Below, piece after piece: positions 19,116 through 29,294 of a DNA stretch of 64,000 nucleotides; the stretch's first letter is position 1, and each line of letters opens with the position of its first letter. This DNA comes from Longimicrobiales bacterium. Lineage in GTDB: Bacteria; Gemmatimonadota; Gemmatimonadetes; Longimicrobiales; Gaopeijiaceae. The translations under genes were made by a program, and so were the position numbers. The notes beneath the pieces were generated by a model, which saw only the letters and a list, made by a program, of their open reading frames with translations, searched no databases and was not told the origin of the DNA. The stretch is taken from assembly GCA_965248195.1 (NCBI GenBank), contig CBDFIQ010000002.1, positions 2,368,001 through 2,432,000 on the forward strand, given 5' to 3'.

Positions 19116-21020
19116 CTATCGACCGTCCGGTGACGGATTTTGCGAAGCATTGGCATTTTCAGAGCTTCTTAGCACAGCCTGAAACCTGTCAATTTGGCCG
19201 GGTTCATCCGGAGGTCGCACCCTGGTACGGGCGCTGTCGAGCGATTCGAGCGCTCTAGCCGTGTCTCCCGACTGGGCGTACGCTTCCGCGAGCCAGAACC
19301 ACTGCTGCCAGCGGTGTCCTTCACCCGCTTCGATCGTTCGGCGGCGGGCTTGGACCGACTCTTCCCAGCGGCCCTCCCGCGCCAAGGAACGGGCCAGGAG
19401 ATGGTTCGCAACCAAGTCTTGGGACCCGAAGAAGGCGATGGCAGCCTCGGCCGCTTCGATCGCGCCCGGATAATCCCCTTCGCCGTAATGGATGCCGGCG
19501 AGAAGGCGGGCAGCGATCCCTTCATCCGGGTATTCTTCCCGAGCCCGACGGAGAAGGCCCTTGGCGGCGTGCGTCTGTCCGTTGACGAGGAGCTGCCGCC
19601 CCACCTCCACGAGGACAGCGTAGTTTCCGTGCAAGAGACTGATCGTAATTCGGTAGGCGGCGTTACCCGCCTTCCTGTCGCCGATCATATACTGTGCGTC
19701 TCCGAGGAGCCACTGCGCCCGTCCTGACTCCGGGTGCTCACGGATCAGAGTTTCGAAAACGCTGACGGTGTCTCGCCAAGTGGCGTTCCGGGCGACGGTT
19801 CGAAGCGACATGAGCATCAAAACGAGGATCAGCGTCGCCTCGGCCACAAGGCGACGCTCTTTGTACAGCTCGCCCCCGATCCACGCGAATAGCGCCACGA
19901 ATCCGACCGACGGCAGATAAAACGTGCGCTCCGCGAGGAGGACCCCGGAGAGGAAGAGCACGTTCGAAACCGGCGACAACGTGATCACGAGCCACAGGAC
20001 ACCGAATGAGAAGAGACGAGGAGGAGTACGGGCCACCCCGAGCGTCTGCCTCCCCCACAGACGCAGGGCCAATCCGAGCGTCCCCAGGAGGAGAAGAGCC
20101 CCTAGCATACCACTTCCTGTCCAGCCGAGGGCGAGAGGAATTACGGCCGGCGCATAGTCGGCGCTCAAGTCGAGAGGGAAAAAAAGCAGCCGGAAGTAGT
20201 GAGGCCAGGTCGACGCAACGGTCCAGATTCTCGGGACTTCCTCCTGCAAGAGCCTCGCACCCAACGGGGGCAACGGGCTGGCCAGGCTGCCAAGCACCAC
20301 AAAGCGAGCCGTCAGAATGAGCGCAGCAGCGGCCGTCAGACTTACGTAGATCGCCCACCGGCGGCGAACGTAGGAGAGCGCCTCCTTGACCCCGACATCG
20401 TCACGCGCCCCGTCAAGTAGGAAGAGGACCCCGAGGAGCGTGATGGCGCTCTCCTTCGCTAGGAAGGCGAGCACGAACAGGAGCGTAATGGCTGTGCCCG
20501 GCAGAAGCGTGATCCGCTCTCCCGCCCGTAGAAAGATCAAGCATGCGCCCAGATAAACCGCCGAGGAGAAAATCTCGGCCAACCCCACGACGTTCGCCAC
20601 GGCCTCGACATGGACGGGATGAACCGCGAAGAGCAGTCCCGCGACGAACGCGAGCGCAAGGGGCGCGAGTTCGGCCAGCACCAGCACCACGAGCGCGGTA
20701 ACGACCCCGTGTAGCAACACGTTCGTCACGTGGAACATCGCGGGATTCTCGCCCCAGACCGCCCATTGGATGCCGTAAAGCGCCGTCGTCACCGGTCGCC
20801 ATAGTCCCAGAGCCCGGCCGAACTCGTTCGGCCAGTAGGGAGAGGCCATCGCCTCCGGCAGAGTGTCGAGATCCTGGATCCGCGTATTCTGGACAATGAG
20901 AGGGAGGTCGTCGAAGGCGAAGTCGTTGAGGACGCTGTTCGCCGATAGAAGGACCGCGGCCGCACCCGCAAGGAACGCGGCCGAGCGGACCGACCGGAAG
21001 GGAGAATCCCACGTCCTCAT
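19116..21020 (-). CDS. TMTC-like GT-C membrane glycosyltransferase (putative protein O-mannosyltransferase) with C-terminal TPRs
   Basis: FAFDD loop-1 motif, WRPVT, LFAVHPVHVEAVANVVG, KE, LSADY, AERTFYLPS, RNATW, TPR helices. Confidence 0.85.
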   Translation of the reverse strand: MRTWDSPFRSVRSAAFLAGAAAVLLSANSVLNDFAFDDLPLIVQNTRIQDLDTLPEAMASPYWPNEFGRALGLWRPVTTALYGIQWAVWGENPAMFHVTNVLLHGVVTALVVLVLAELAPLALAFVAGLLFAVHPVHVEAVANVVGLAEIFSSAVYLGACLIFLRAGERITLLPGTAITLLFVLAFLAKESAITLLGVLFLLDGARDDVGVKEALSYVRRRWAIYVSLTAAAALILTARFVVLGSLASPLPPLGARLLQEEVPRIWTVASTWPHYFRLLFFPLDLSADYAPAVIPLALGWTGSGMLGALLLLGTLGLALRLWGRQTLGVARTPPRLFSFGVLWLVITLSPVSNVLFLSGVLLAERTFYLPSVGFVALFAWIGGELYKERRLVAEATLILVLMLMSLRTVARNATWRDTVSVFETLIREHPESGRAQWLLGDAQYMIGDRKAGNAAYRITISLLHGNYAVLVEVGRQLLVNGQTHAAKGLLRRAREEYPDEGIAARLLAGIHYGEGDYPGAIEAAEAAIAFFGSQDLVANHLLARSLAREGRWEESVQARRRTIEAGEGHRWQQWFWLAEAYAQSGDTARALESLDSARTRVRPPDEPGQIDRFQAVLRSSENANASQNPSPDGR

Positions 21021-22845
21021 CGTTGGCGGACGGGGGCGGGTGCCCCGTCCCCGCGGGCCTGGCGCTCCTGGCTCGCAAGAACATCAGCACGCTGAGAGGC
21101 GGCGTCGGCTTCTTCGGAGCGGCCGGCCAACTCCATGAGCTCGCTCATGCGACGCCATTCCTCAGAATCATCGTCGGCCACACCGAAGGACGCCCATCGC
21201 GCCCGAATGGCCGCGTCGTAGTCTCCCTTCGCCACATAACTCTCGGACACGAGCTTCCACAGGTCTCGGTCGGATCCAACGAGCGACAAGCCCTGGAGCG
21301 CCACCGCGTGTCCTTCCCGGCTCCGGCCCTGGTTCAGCCGCTGTTCAGAGAGCACCTGCCATGCGACGGGGTGCGTGGGAAACAACTCGATGGCGTGGAC
21401 GAGCAGCGACTCTGCCTCGACCCACCGCTCCCCCCGCCCATAGAAACGCGCGACCTCCACGAGCAGGCTGTATCCCTCCGGAGCCAGCTCAAGCGCCGTC
21501 TGGTAATAACGATCCGCCTCCTCGTACTCGCCTACGTTGTCGAGACCCTGGGCGCGTGCCCTGATCGCCATCAACGACTCCGGGTGCTCTTCTCCAAGCG
21601 TCGTCAACATCGTGAACGTGCTCATCCACGAGGGGTTTCTGAGCGCGGTCCGCACCATGAAGGCGCTACACAGGACCCCCGCGCCCACCAAGAGAATGCC
21701 CAGGGATGTCCTGCGCTCACGGGCCGTCCACGACACGACTCCCGCGGCCACGAAGGCAAGCCCGACGGACGGCAGGTAAAGCGTTCGCTCAGCCAACAAC
21801 ACGCCCGTCGGGATGAGTAGGTTGGTAACGGAAGGATCGCGATGCCGAACCAGGCGATGCCGAGCGCCACCAGCCGTTCCCTGGGCCAAAGGAAGATGAC
21901 GGCCGCAGCACCACCAAGAATCGTGAGTAGGCCCAGGATCACATCGGGCCCCCATGTCAACGCTGGAAAGAGTACCGCCGGCGCGTAGTCCACCACGAGG
22001 TCCAGCGGGAACACCAGGAGCCGGAGATAGTGTGGCCAGACCGCCAGAGATGTAAGGATTCTTTGGCCCGCCGAGAGACCCACGAGAGCCGGTGCGGGTA
22101 CTTCGCCCGAAACCGAACCCAACATCAGGAATCGGGCGCCCAAAAACGCCGCCAGAAGGGCGGCGGTCAGGAGGAACACCGGCAGATCGGTCCGAACACG
22201 GTCGCTTACACGCTCATCGCCGGTCCGCACCAATGCTATGAGAACCAGCAGCGCCGGGAGCGTCACTGCCATTTCTTTGGAGCCGAGACCCAGCACATAG
22301 AGCGCCCCGATGCCGAGGAGGCGGGCGGCCCTCCAGGACGGTGAAAGCCCCCGCCCCTTCAGGAAGAGCAGACACGCCCCCAGCACGAAGAGCGCCGAGT
22401 ACAACTCGGAACGCCCCACGACGTTTGCCACCGCCTCGCTATGGACGGGATGTGCGGCAAAGAGCGCACCCCCGACGAGAGCCGGAAGTGTGGCCGACAG
22501 CGGTAGAATCAGTAAGAACACCACCAGCGATACAGCAGTGTGAACGGCTAGGTTCACGAGGTGAAAGCCCGCCGGATGGCCGTTCCACAGCCTCCATTCC
22601 AACGCGAAGCTCGAAAGCGTAACCGGCCGATAGAGGCCCGCACCGCTAACCGCCTGAGGCCAATAGGCGGAGGTCAGCACCTCGACGACCCCTCCCTCGG
22701 CCACGACGGAGCGTCCCACGATGATGGTATTGTCGTCGTAGGCGAAGCCGTTGAGCACGGAGTTGGCGTACGCCGCCACCGCCACGAACAGCACCAGAAG
22801 CGCGGCGCGCCACGGCGGGATGGCAGAAAGCTGCTTAAGGGTCAC
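21017..22845 (-). pseudogene. Second TMTC-like GT-C/TPR glycosyltransferase, split by a 1-nt frameshift near 21830
   Basis: ORF 21622-22845 carries FAYDD, YRPVT, HPVHSEAVANVVGR, SKE up to GIAILP; ORF 21017-21955 continues VTNLLIPTGVLLAERTLYLPS plus TPRs in another frame. Confidence 0.85.
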
Positions 22846-22863
22846 CTGGATGCGGAGTCCGGA

Positions 22864-23757
22864 TCAGTCCGGATCGGCCACAGGAGGAAGGCCGGCCTCG
22901 GACCCTCCCCCGCCTTCCGAAGGGGCGGGAAGCGCCGGACGCTGCCCGTCCACGAGAGCGCGCCCCTCCCACGGCTGCACCTCGGGCGCCTGCCAAGGAT
23001 CGATTCTTGGCCCGAAGAGATTGCAGCGAAGGATATAGTAGAGGGCGGACACGCCGTCCTTCCAGTTGATCTTCTTCCCCTCCTCGTACGAGCGCCCGTC
23101 GTAACTGATCGGGAGCTCGTAGATGCGAGCCCGCGCCTGAGCCAATCGGGCCGTCACCTCCGGCTCGAATCCGAAACGGTTCGCCGAGAGAGGCAATCGC
23201 TTCAGAAGATCCGCATGGATGACTTTATAGCAGGTCTCCATGTCCGTGAGGTTGAGGTCGGTCAACATGTTGCTCAGCAACGTCAGGAAACGATTCCCTA
23301 TCATGTGCCAGAAGAACAGCACCCGGTGGGGTCCGCCGAGAAAGCGTGACCCGAAAACGGCATCGGCCTTCCCGGCCAAAATCGGCTGCATGAGTGCCGG
23401 CAGTTCGTGTGGATCATACTCCAGATCCGCGTCCTGAATCGCAATGATATCGCCAGTGGCCCGCTCGAATCCGGCCCGGAGCGCAGCACCCTTCCCCTGA
23501 TTCACCTCCTGGAACACGAGAATATCGATCACCCCTTCGTCGTGTAGGCGCGAAAGCAGATCGTGCGTGCCGTCCGTGGATCCATCGTCTACCACGATCA
23601 CTTCGACGTCCAGGCGGACCTCACGTACCCGCTTGAGGAGGATCTCGACACTCCGGATCTCGTTGTAGGCGGGGACAACCACCGAGAGCCTCACCCGGTC
23701 CCAGGCAAGATCGTCGTGCCTTCTCTTATGCATTTCGCGGAAACTGGGCATCATCAT
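22864..23757 (-). CDS. GT2 glycosyltransferase, polyprenol-phosphate mannose synthase (DPM1)-like
   Basis: LSVVVPAYNE, VDDGSTDGT, NQGKGAA, QDADLEYDP, GSRF, TDMETCYK, EGKKINWKDG. Confidence 0.9.
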   Translation of the reverse strand: MMMPSFREMHKRRHDDLAWDRVRLSVVVPAYNEIRSVEILLKRVREVRLDVEVIVVDDGSTDGTHDLLSRLHDEGVIDILVFQEVNQGKGAALRAGFERATGDIIAIQDADLEYDPHELPALMQPILAGKADAVFGSRFLGGPHRVLFFWHMIGNRFLTLLSNMLTDLNLTDMETCYKVIHADLLKRLPLSANRFGFEPEVTARLAQARARIYELPISYDGRSYEEGKKINWKDGVSALYYILRCNLFGPRIDPWQAPEVQPWEGRALVDGQRPALPAPSEGGGGSEAGLPPVADPD

Positions 23758-23845
23758 GGGGATCGAATCCTCGATAATTTAGAAGTTTCAGGCACGGGCC
23801 CATGGGCGCCGAAAACCGTAACTTCCACGCGGAGCATGAGGCTGA

Positions 23846-25207
23846 TCAGACCTCGATCCCGTACCGGTTGAGCTTCCGGTACAAGGTGGAGGGATCGATG
23901 CCGAGAACCTCCGCCGCCTTCGACTTGTTCCCCCCCTCGGCCGTAAGGACCCACTGGATGTACGCCCTCTCGATCACCTCCATCGAAGGATTCGAGGGGA
24001 GGTGATCCGTGACCAAGGGTTTCGTGTCGGTGGCCCGTACGCCTTCCGGCAGGTCAGCCACAGAGATTTCCGGCTTGGACGCCACGACGGCCGCCCGCTC
24101 CAAGGCGTTCTCGAGTTCCCGGACATTTCCGGGCCAGTCATAGGCACACAGCGCCTCTAAAACATCCTCCCCAAGGGTTTTTTCTCCTTCTCGCTCCGCC
24201 AACGAAACGAGAAAGCGGTGGGCCAGAATCGGGATGTCGTCCTTTCTTTCACGGAGCGGAGGGAGTTGTAGCGCGATGACGTTGAGCCGATAGTAGACAT
24301 CACTCCGGAACCCTCCGCGTCGGATCTCCTCATTCAGGTCGGCGTTGGTGGCGGCCATAATCCGAACGTCGATCTGCCTGACCTCGGTCGAACCCACGGG
24401 AATGACTTCGCGCTCCTGCAGAGCGCGGAGGAGCCTGACCTGCGTCGCAGGGGACATTTCGCTGATCTCGTCCAGGAAGAGCGTCCCGCCGTTAGCGGCC
24501 TCGAAGAGTCCCATTTTGTCCCTGACGGCACCGGTGAAGGCTCCTTTCACGTGGCCGAAGAGCTCGCTCTCGAGAAGCCCCTCGGGAAGCGCCCCGCAGT
24601 TCACCGACAAGAAGGTGGCTTCGGCCCGGCCACTGAGCGCGTGGATGTAGCGGGCCAGCACCTCTTTACCGGATCCGCTCTCCCCCGTGATCAGTACGGT
24701 GGACTCCGTCGGCGCCACCGTCTCCGCCAACTTGAGGACCTCGACGAACGACCGGTTCTTTCCCGTCGGCCGGTCGGTCGGCGACATGGACTGCCGGCGG
24801 ATCTCCTTCTTGAGGGCCTTGTTCTCCACCCGGAGTTGCCTCGTTTCCGCGGCTCTACGGCAGATGGCCAGAAGTTCCTCGTTGGCGAAGGGCTTTTGGA
24901 GGTAGTAGTACGCCCCCTCGTTGACAGCCCGTACCGCCGTCTGAAGCGATGCCTGAGCGGTCATCAATATCACGGCGGTCTCGGGATCGACCTCGTGCGC
25001 CTTCGCCATTACCTCGAGGCCGGTCATCCCGGGCATTCGAATGTCGGTCAGGACGATGTCCGGCAAGGTGTCGGGAAGCATTTCGACGGCCTCTCGCCCG
25101 CTGAGCGCCGACACCACTTCGTAGCCATTACCCTGAAGCAGAATGCGAAGCGTGTCGAGGATGCCGGACTCATCATCCACCAGGAGAATCCTTCTCTCCT
25201 TGCTCAT
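23846..25207 (-). CDS. pilR: Sigma-54-dependent response regulator, PilR-like
   Basis: REC, GESGSGKE, GAFTGA, WPGNVRELEN, HTH; coupled to a PilS-like kinase within the pilus locus. Confidence 0.82.
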   Translation of the reverse strand: MSKERRILLVDDESGILDTLRILLQGNGYEVVSALSGREAVEMLPDTLPDIVLTDIRMPGMTGLEVMAKAHEVDPETAVILMTAQASLQTAVRAVNEGAYYYLQKPFANEELLAICRRAAETRQLRVENKALKKEIRRQSMSPTDRPTGKNRSFVEVLKLAETVAPTESTVLITGESGSGKEVLARYIHALSGRAEATFLSVNCGALPEGLLESELFGHVKGAFTGAVRDKMGLFEAANGGTLFLDEISEMSPATQVRLLRALQEREVIPVGSTEVRQIDVRIMAATNADLNEEIRRGGFRSDVYYRLNVIALQLPPLRERKDDIPILAHRFLVSLAEREGEKTLGEDVLEALCAYDWPGNVRELENALERAAVVASKPEISVADLPEGVRATDTKPLVTDHLPSNPSMEVIERAYIQWVLTAEGGNKSKAAEVLGIDPSTLYRKLNRYGIEV

Positions 25208-26883
25208 ACGGCCGCCTGTTGTTTCGTCGCAGAAGCGACATCCGTGCCCGGCAACAGAACCACGAATCGAGCTCCACCCCCAGCCACCTCCTCAGCGTAG
25301 ACGGCGCCACCGTGCGCCTCGACGGCACGATGCACCACCGCCAGGCCGAGACCGCTCCCACCTTTACGCGTGGTATAAAATGGGGCGAAGATGCGCCCGA
25401 TATCCTCGGGTGGAATCCCCGGTCCGGAATCCTGAACGCTCAAACACACCGGCTGGGAAACGGTGGATCCAGGTAGCCGGTCCTCGACGGCCCGATTCTC
25501 GACGGAGACCCGGACGGTACCCCCGGGGCCGCTGAACTGAACCGCGTTGAGGATCAGGTTGAAGACCAGGCGGTGAAGGAGATCCGCGTCCCCCGGTAGG
25601 GTCAGGCGGCCTTCGAGGCCCTGCTCGTCGATGCGAATCCCTGCTTCGCAGTCAGGATGTTGTTTCACCAATGTGATGGCTTGCCTGACCACGCGGGTAA
25701 AGTCCACCCTGGCCTTCGCGCTGAGGCGCATCACCGAGAAATCGAGAAATTCGTTGAGCAACCGGCTCAGGCGATCCGATTCGGCCAGAACCAGCCGTTG
25801 GAGGAGCGCACGATCCTCGACGGGAAGCGTGGGGCTGTCGAACTGTTCCACGGCGCTGCGTATCGAAGCCAACGGATTCTTGATTTCGTGGGCGAGGGAA
25901 GCACTCAGTTCAGCCACGGCCTCGAGTCGTTCGTTTCTGCGATTTAGGGCCTGGATACGCTCCAGATCCGTGATATCCTGAAAGATCGCCGTGACGGATG
26001 GGCCTTCCCCCTCGCGACTTTCGAGCAGGGTTGTGCTGATGCCCAGCACCAGGTTCCCCGACGCTCTCTTGACGGCCGTCGTTTGGCGGCTGACAGGGCG
26101 GCGCCCGTCGATGCTCCTTCGGAGCGCCTCGGCAAGCCCCGGCGCCAGCTCCTCTACCACGTCCAAGATGGGGGCGCCGCGCCACTGCTCGAAGCTCAGA
26201 TCCAAGAATCGTTCGCCAGCTCTATTGAGGTACCCGAGTCTGCCGCCATCGACGAGGGTAAGCACACCTGCGGAGATGTTCGTGAGAATGTCCCCCGTAT
26301 CGAGCCGCAAGCGGACGAGTTCGGACTGGACTTCTCCGAGCGCGAGCCCGGTGCTTTGGACGCGGTTCCCCAGCCAACCCGTGAGGAGAGCAACGACGGC
26401 GAAAAGCCCGATCTGTAGCCCAACGGTATACAAGGGTAGGGTCTGCGGACCGCCCCATACGAGGCTCGCGAAGTAAAGAATGGAGGAGAGGGCCCCGATG
26501 AGGAAGGCTCCCGACAGGGGCAATAGAAGAGCCCCCTCTGTCATCACCAAGAAATAAAGGGGGGCGAAGGCGACGTCGCCGCCGCCCGACGTGATATAGA
26601 CGACGGTCGTGACAAGCGCCGCGTCGAGAATGACCTGGCCGTACATGAAGTTCCGGCCCACCGGGCGGCCCCGCACTTCGGTGTGCCACACGGAGGCGAG
26701 GGTGAGCGCCAACGTGGCCAAAAACATGAGCGTCGCTATGCGCGTGGCCTCCGCGGGAGCGGAGAACCAGGCCACCATTATGCCGACGAAAATTCCAAGG
26801 GCCAGAGTCATTCGGCCGACGTAGACCCAACGAAGGAGTCGGTTTCTGTCGAATTCGTACTTCTTTGGAGTCTCCGGCCTCAA
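25204..26883 (-). CDS. pilS: Sensor histidine kinase, PilS-like
   Basis: About 6 N-terminal TM helices, PAS, FQDIT, LAHEIKNPLASI, FYTTR, GSGLGL. Confidence 0.82.
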   Translation of the reverse strand: MRPETPKKYEFDRNRLLRWVYVGRMTLALGIFVGIMVAWFSAPAEATRIATLMFLATLALTLASVWHTEVRGRPVGRNFMYGQVILDAALVTTVVYITSGGGDVAFAPLYFLVMTEGALLLPLSGAFLIGALSSILYFASLVWGGPQTLPLYTVGLQIGLFAVVALLTGWLGNRVQSTGLALGEVQSELVRLRLDTGDILTNISAGVLTLVDGGRLGYLNRAGERFLDLSFEQWRGAPILDVVEELAPGLAEALRRSIDGRRPVSRQTTAVKRASGNLVLGISTTLLESREGEGPSVTAIFQDITDLERIQALNRRNERLEAVAELSASLAHEIKNPLASIRSAVEQFDSPTLPVEDRALLQRLVLAESDRLSRLLNEFLDFSVMRLSAKARVDFTRVVRQAITLVKQHPDCEAGIRIDEQGLEGRLTLPGDADLLHRLVFNLILNAVQFSGPGGTVRVSVENRAVEDRLPGSTVSQPVCLSVQDSGPGIPPEDIGRIFAPFYTTRKGGSGLGLAVVHRAVEAHGGAVYAEEVAGGGARFVVLLPGTDVASATKQQAAV

Positions 26884-26934
26884 ACCGATCTCCCCTCAGA
26901 ATGAATCGACCGTCTAACTTGGGACGCCTTTCCC

Positions 26935-26963
26935 ACGCTATTACTCGCCGTGGCACAGTGCAA
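26935..26963 (-). promoter_or_regulatory. Candidate sigma-70 promoter for pilS-pilR
   Basis: Minus strand TTGCAC-N17-TAGCGT; a similar TTGCAC-N18-TAACTT lies upstream of pilB (37705-37734). Confidence 0.4.
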
Positions 26964-27025
26964 CACTTCTATTTGGCGTTTTGCGAAAAACTTGCCGAGG
27001 AACGGAAGGCTCCGGCGGTCGCGTC

Positions 27026-27664
27026 TCAGATGTCCGGCCGTGGGAGGACTCGGACCTCCCCCAGGAGCGCGTAGGCGAACCCCCAAAGCCGTCCAACCGG
27101 CCGGAGCCCCTCACTGTCCACGAACGCCGATCCCTCTACGATGTGTAGCTCGGGATCCAAACGAACACCCCTCACCTCGCCGAGCACCAAACCACCGGCG
27201 TCGCCCAAGTCCAAATACTCATGAAGCTCGCATTCAAGGACCGCAGGACAATTCGCAACATATGGCGCCTCAACGGTCTCCGCCTCCGCCACGGAAAGTC
27301 CAGCGAAAGCAAACTCATCACCCTCCGGAGGTAAGTTGGCCGCCGTCCGGTTCATCGCCTCGAGTTGGGCCTCCGTGACGACGTTCACACAGAAGGCGCC
27401 TTGGTCCAAGATGTTGCGGAGTGAGTCCTTGGCCACTCCTCCCCGTGTCCCGATGGACAAGCTGACGAGCATGGGCGAGGACGCCACCGCCGAGAAGAAG
27501 CTGAAAGGAGCCACATTGAGAACGCCGGTGGCGCTCCGGGTGGAAACCCAGCCGATCGGGCGTGGCACGACGAGGGACGTGAGAAGCTGGTACCGTTCAC
27601 GGCCATCGACCGAGTCGGTACGGATTATTCGGTGCCGAAGGGGCCCTTCAGGGTCGCCGGCCAA
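27026..27664 (-). CDS. Flavin reductase family protein (DIM6/NTAB)
   Basis: VVPRPIGWVST, NVAPFSFF, KDSLRNI, LECEL, PVGRL. Confidence 0.9.
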   Translation of the reverse strand: MAGDPEGPLRHRIIRTDSVDGRERYQLLTSLVVPRPIGWVSTRSATGVLNVAPFSFFSAVASSPMLVSLSIGTRGGVAKDSLRNILDQGAFCVNVVTEAQLEAMNRTAANLPPEGDEFAFAGLSVAEAETVEAPYVANCPAVLECELHEYLDLGDAGGLVLGEVRGVRLDPELHIVEGSAFVDSEGLRPVGRLWGFAYALLGEVRVLPRPDI

Positions 27665-27675
27665 CCTCTATGCCC

Positions 27676-28422
27676 CTAGTCCGCGGGTACCGTTAGGAGC
27701 TGACCGGCGTAAATGCGGCTGCCTCGGATATTGTTGGCGGCCCTGAGCTTCGGTACCGTCGTCCCGTGACGGCGGGCGATGGCCCAGAGCGAATCACCAG
27801 CCCGAACCATATAACGTGACGGAGCCGTAGCTCGGTTTCCGGAAACGGCGGAAGCCAACACGTCGCTGACGTAAGCCGCGTAGCGTTCTGGAAAGACGGC
27901 CACATGATAATGCGACGGCCGCCGTTCCCTCGTTGCTTCCAGCACGCCTGCCGCCTCGAGGTAGAGGAGGGTACTCTCCAACCAGTACCGGCAAACGGAG
28001 TTCAAACTCGTCCGAAAATCAACCGCCATGCCCGTGGGATGAGCGGAGAGAGTGGAGGCGTTGCGGGGCTGCTCGCTCAAAGGACGGGTGAGGCTCGTGA
28101 CGACCAACTCCTCGCCACAAGCCCACCGGTGCTGCGCCCCCAGACGTTGCACGAAAAGGTTCACCTCTGGACGGCCGTAGGGGAAAGTCACGTCGTGAAG
28201 CACGAAGTCCCGACTACTCCTCAACCGGACAAGGTAGCCCGCATCGACAAACTGCTGAACATGTGCGCGTGTCTGTAGGAAGGTGAAGTTATGGTCCTCC
28301 GCGTGCACATACGCTCGGTTTAGGGAAGCCTCGGAGCCCCGAAGCGCCTGCCCTTGTACCTGACCAAAGCCGGCCGCCAGGAAAAGCGAAAGCCAAACCA
28401 GCAGGCTCATTCGTCGCACCAT
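27676..28422 (-). CDS. Secreted DUF5715-like (DD-peptidase fold) protein with C-terminal LysM
   Basis: Signal peptide; VTSLTR, SAH..G.AVD, HYHV; YMVRAGDSLWAIARRHG...N.I...IYAGQ.L LysM. Confidence 0.8.
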   Translation of the reverse strand: MVRRMSLLVWLSLFLAAGFGQVQGQALRGSEASLNRAYVHAEDHNFTFLQTRAHVQQFVDAGYLVRLRSSRDFVLHDVTFPYGRPEVNLFVQRLGAQHRWACGEELVVTSLTRPLSEQPRNASTLSAHPTGMAVDFRTSLNSVCRYWLESTLLYLEAAGVLEATRERRPSHYHVAVFPERYAAYVSDVLASAVSGNRATAPSRYMVRAGDSLWAIARRHGTTVPKLRAANNIRGSRIYAGQLLTVPAD

Positions 28423-28541
28423 TGCTACCCTCTCGAGGATTGGAGTCCCACTCGGATCGAACCACGTGCCGCCAGCCTATGTGTAAACATATGTATTGCG
28501 AAACACAAGGATTCCGTCATGCTCCTCAACCCACGAACGAC

Positions 28542-29162
28542 TCACCCCCGGGCATCGGAGTAGTTGGCCGCAACAACGTCCCAATTGACTACGTTCCACC
28601 ACGCGGAGACGTAGTCGGGTCGCCGGTTCTGATAGTTCAGATAGTAAGCGTGCTCCCAGACATCCACCCCGAGAATCGGGATGAATCCCCCGGAGAGCGG
28701 ATTGTCTTGGTTCGCGGTCGCGGACGCGTTGAGGTCTCCGGTGGGTCCAACCGTCAGCCAGCCCCAGCCCGAGCCGAACTGCTTCGCGGCGGTGGCGCCG
28801 AGAGAGGTCTTGAGGTCCTCGAACGATCCGAAGGCACCGTCGATGGCCTCCGCCAACTCTCCGGATGGCGTATCCGCACCGCCGGGAGCCATGATCGCCC
28901 AGAACAACGTATGGTTTACGTACCCGCCTCCGTTGTTTCGCACGGCGTTACGAATGGCCTCGGGCAGGTCGGCCAACCCCGCGAGCAGCTGTTCTCCCGA
29001 ATGACCGTGTAAGTCCGCATACCCTTCGAGGGCGGCGTTCAAATTGTTGGTGTAGGCCTGATGGTGCTTCCCGTGGTGGATCTCCATCGTACGTGCGTCG
29101 ATGTGTGGCTCCAGGGCGTCATGGTCATATCCCAGTGCGGGCAGTTCGAACGGATATCCCAT
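28542..29162 (-). CDS. sodA: Mn/Fe superoxide dismutase
   Basis: [28 protein letters not shown]. Confidence 0.95.
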   Translation of the reverse strand: MGYPFELPALGYDHDALEPHIDARTMEIHHGKHHQAYTNNLNAALEGYADLHGHSGEQLLAGLADLPEAIRNAVRNNGGGYVNHTLFWAIMAPGGADTPSGELAEAIDGAFGSFEDLKTSLGATAAKQFGSGWGWLTVGPTGDLNASATANQDNPLSGGFIPILGVDVWEHAYYLNYQNRRPDYVSAWWNVVNWDVVAANYSDARG

Positions 29163-29172
29163 TCTTATCTCT

Positions 29173-29204
29173 CCTATGGATCGGCGGGCCTATGGATCGG
29201 CGGG
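29173..29204. repeat. Perfect 16-bp tandem duplication at the sodA RBS
   Basis: CCTATGGATCGGCGGG x2. Confidence 0.9.
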
Positions 29205-29294
29205 TTGCTCGATAGGCCGCCCGGTCACCGCAATGGCGCCGCGGTCGGACGGCTAACCGGATTGTACCCTACTTCGATTCCCCTTCGCAAATGG

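Noticed and set aside
26951..26966. TGGCAC on the plus strand as a sigma-54 promoter
   Set aside because: GC is not at GG-N10-GC spacing and there is no plus-strand gene downstream
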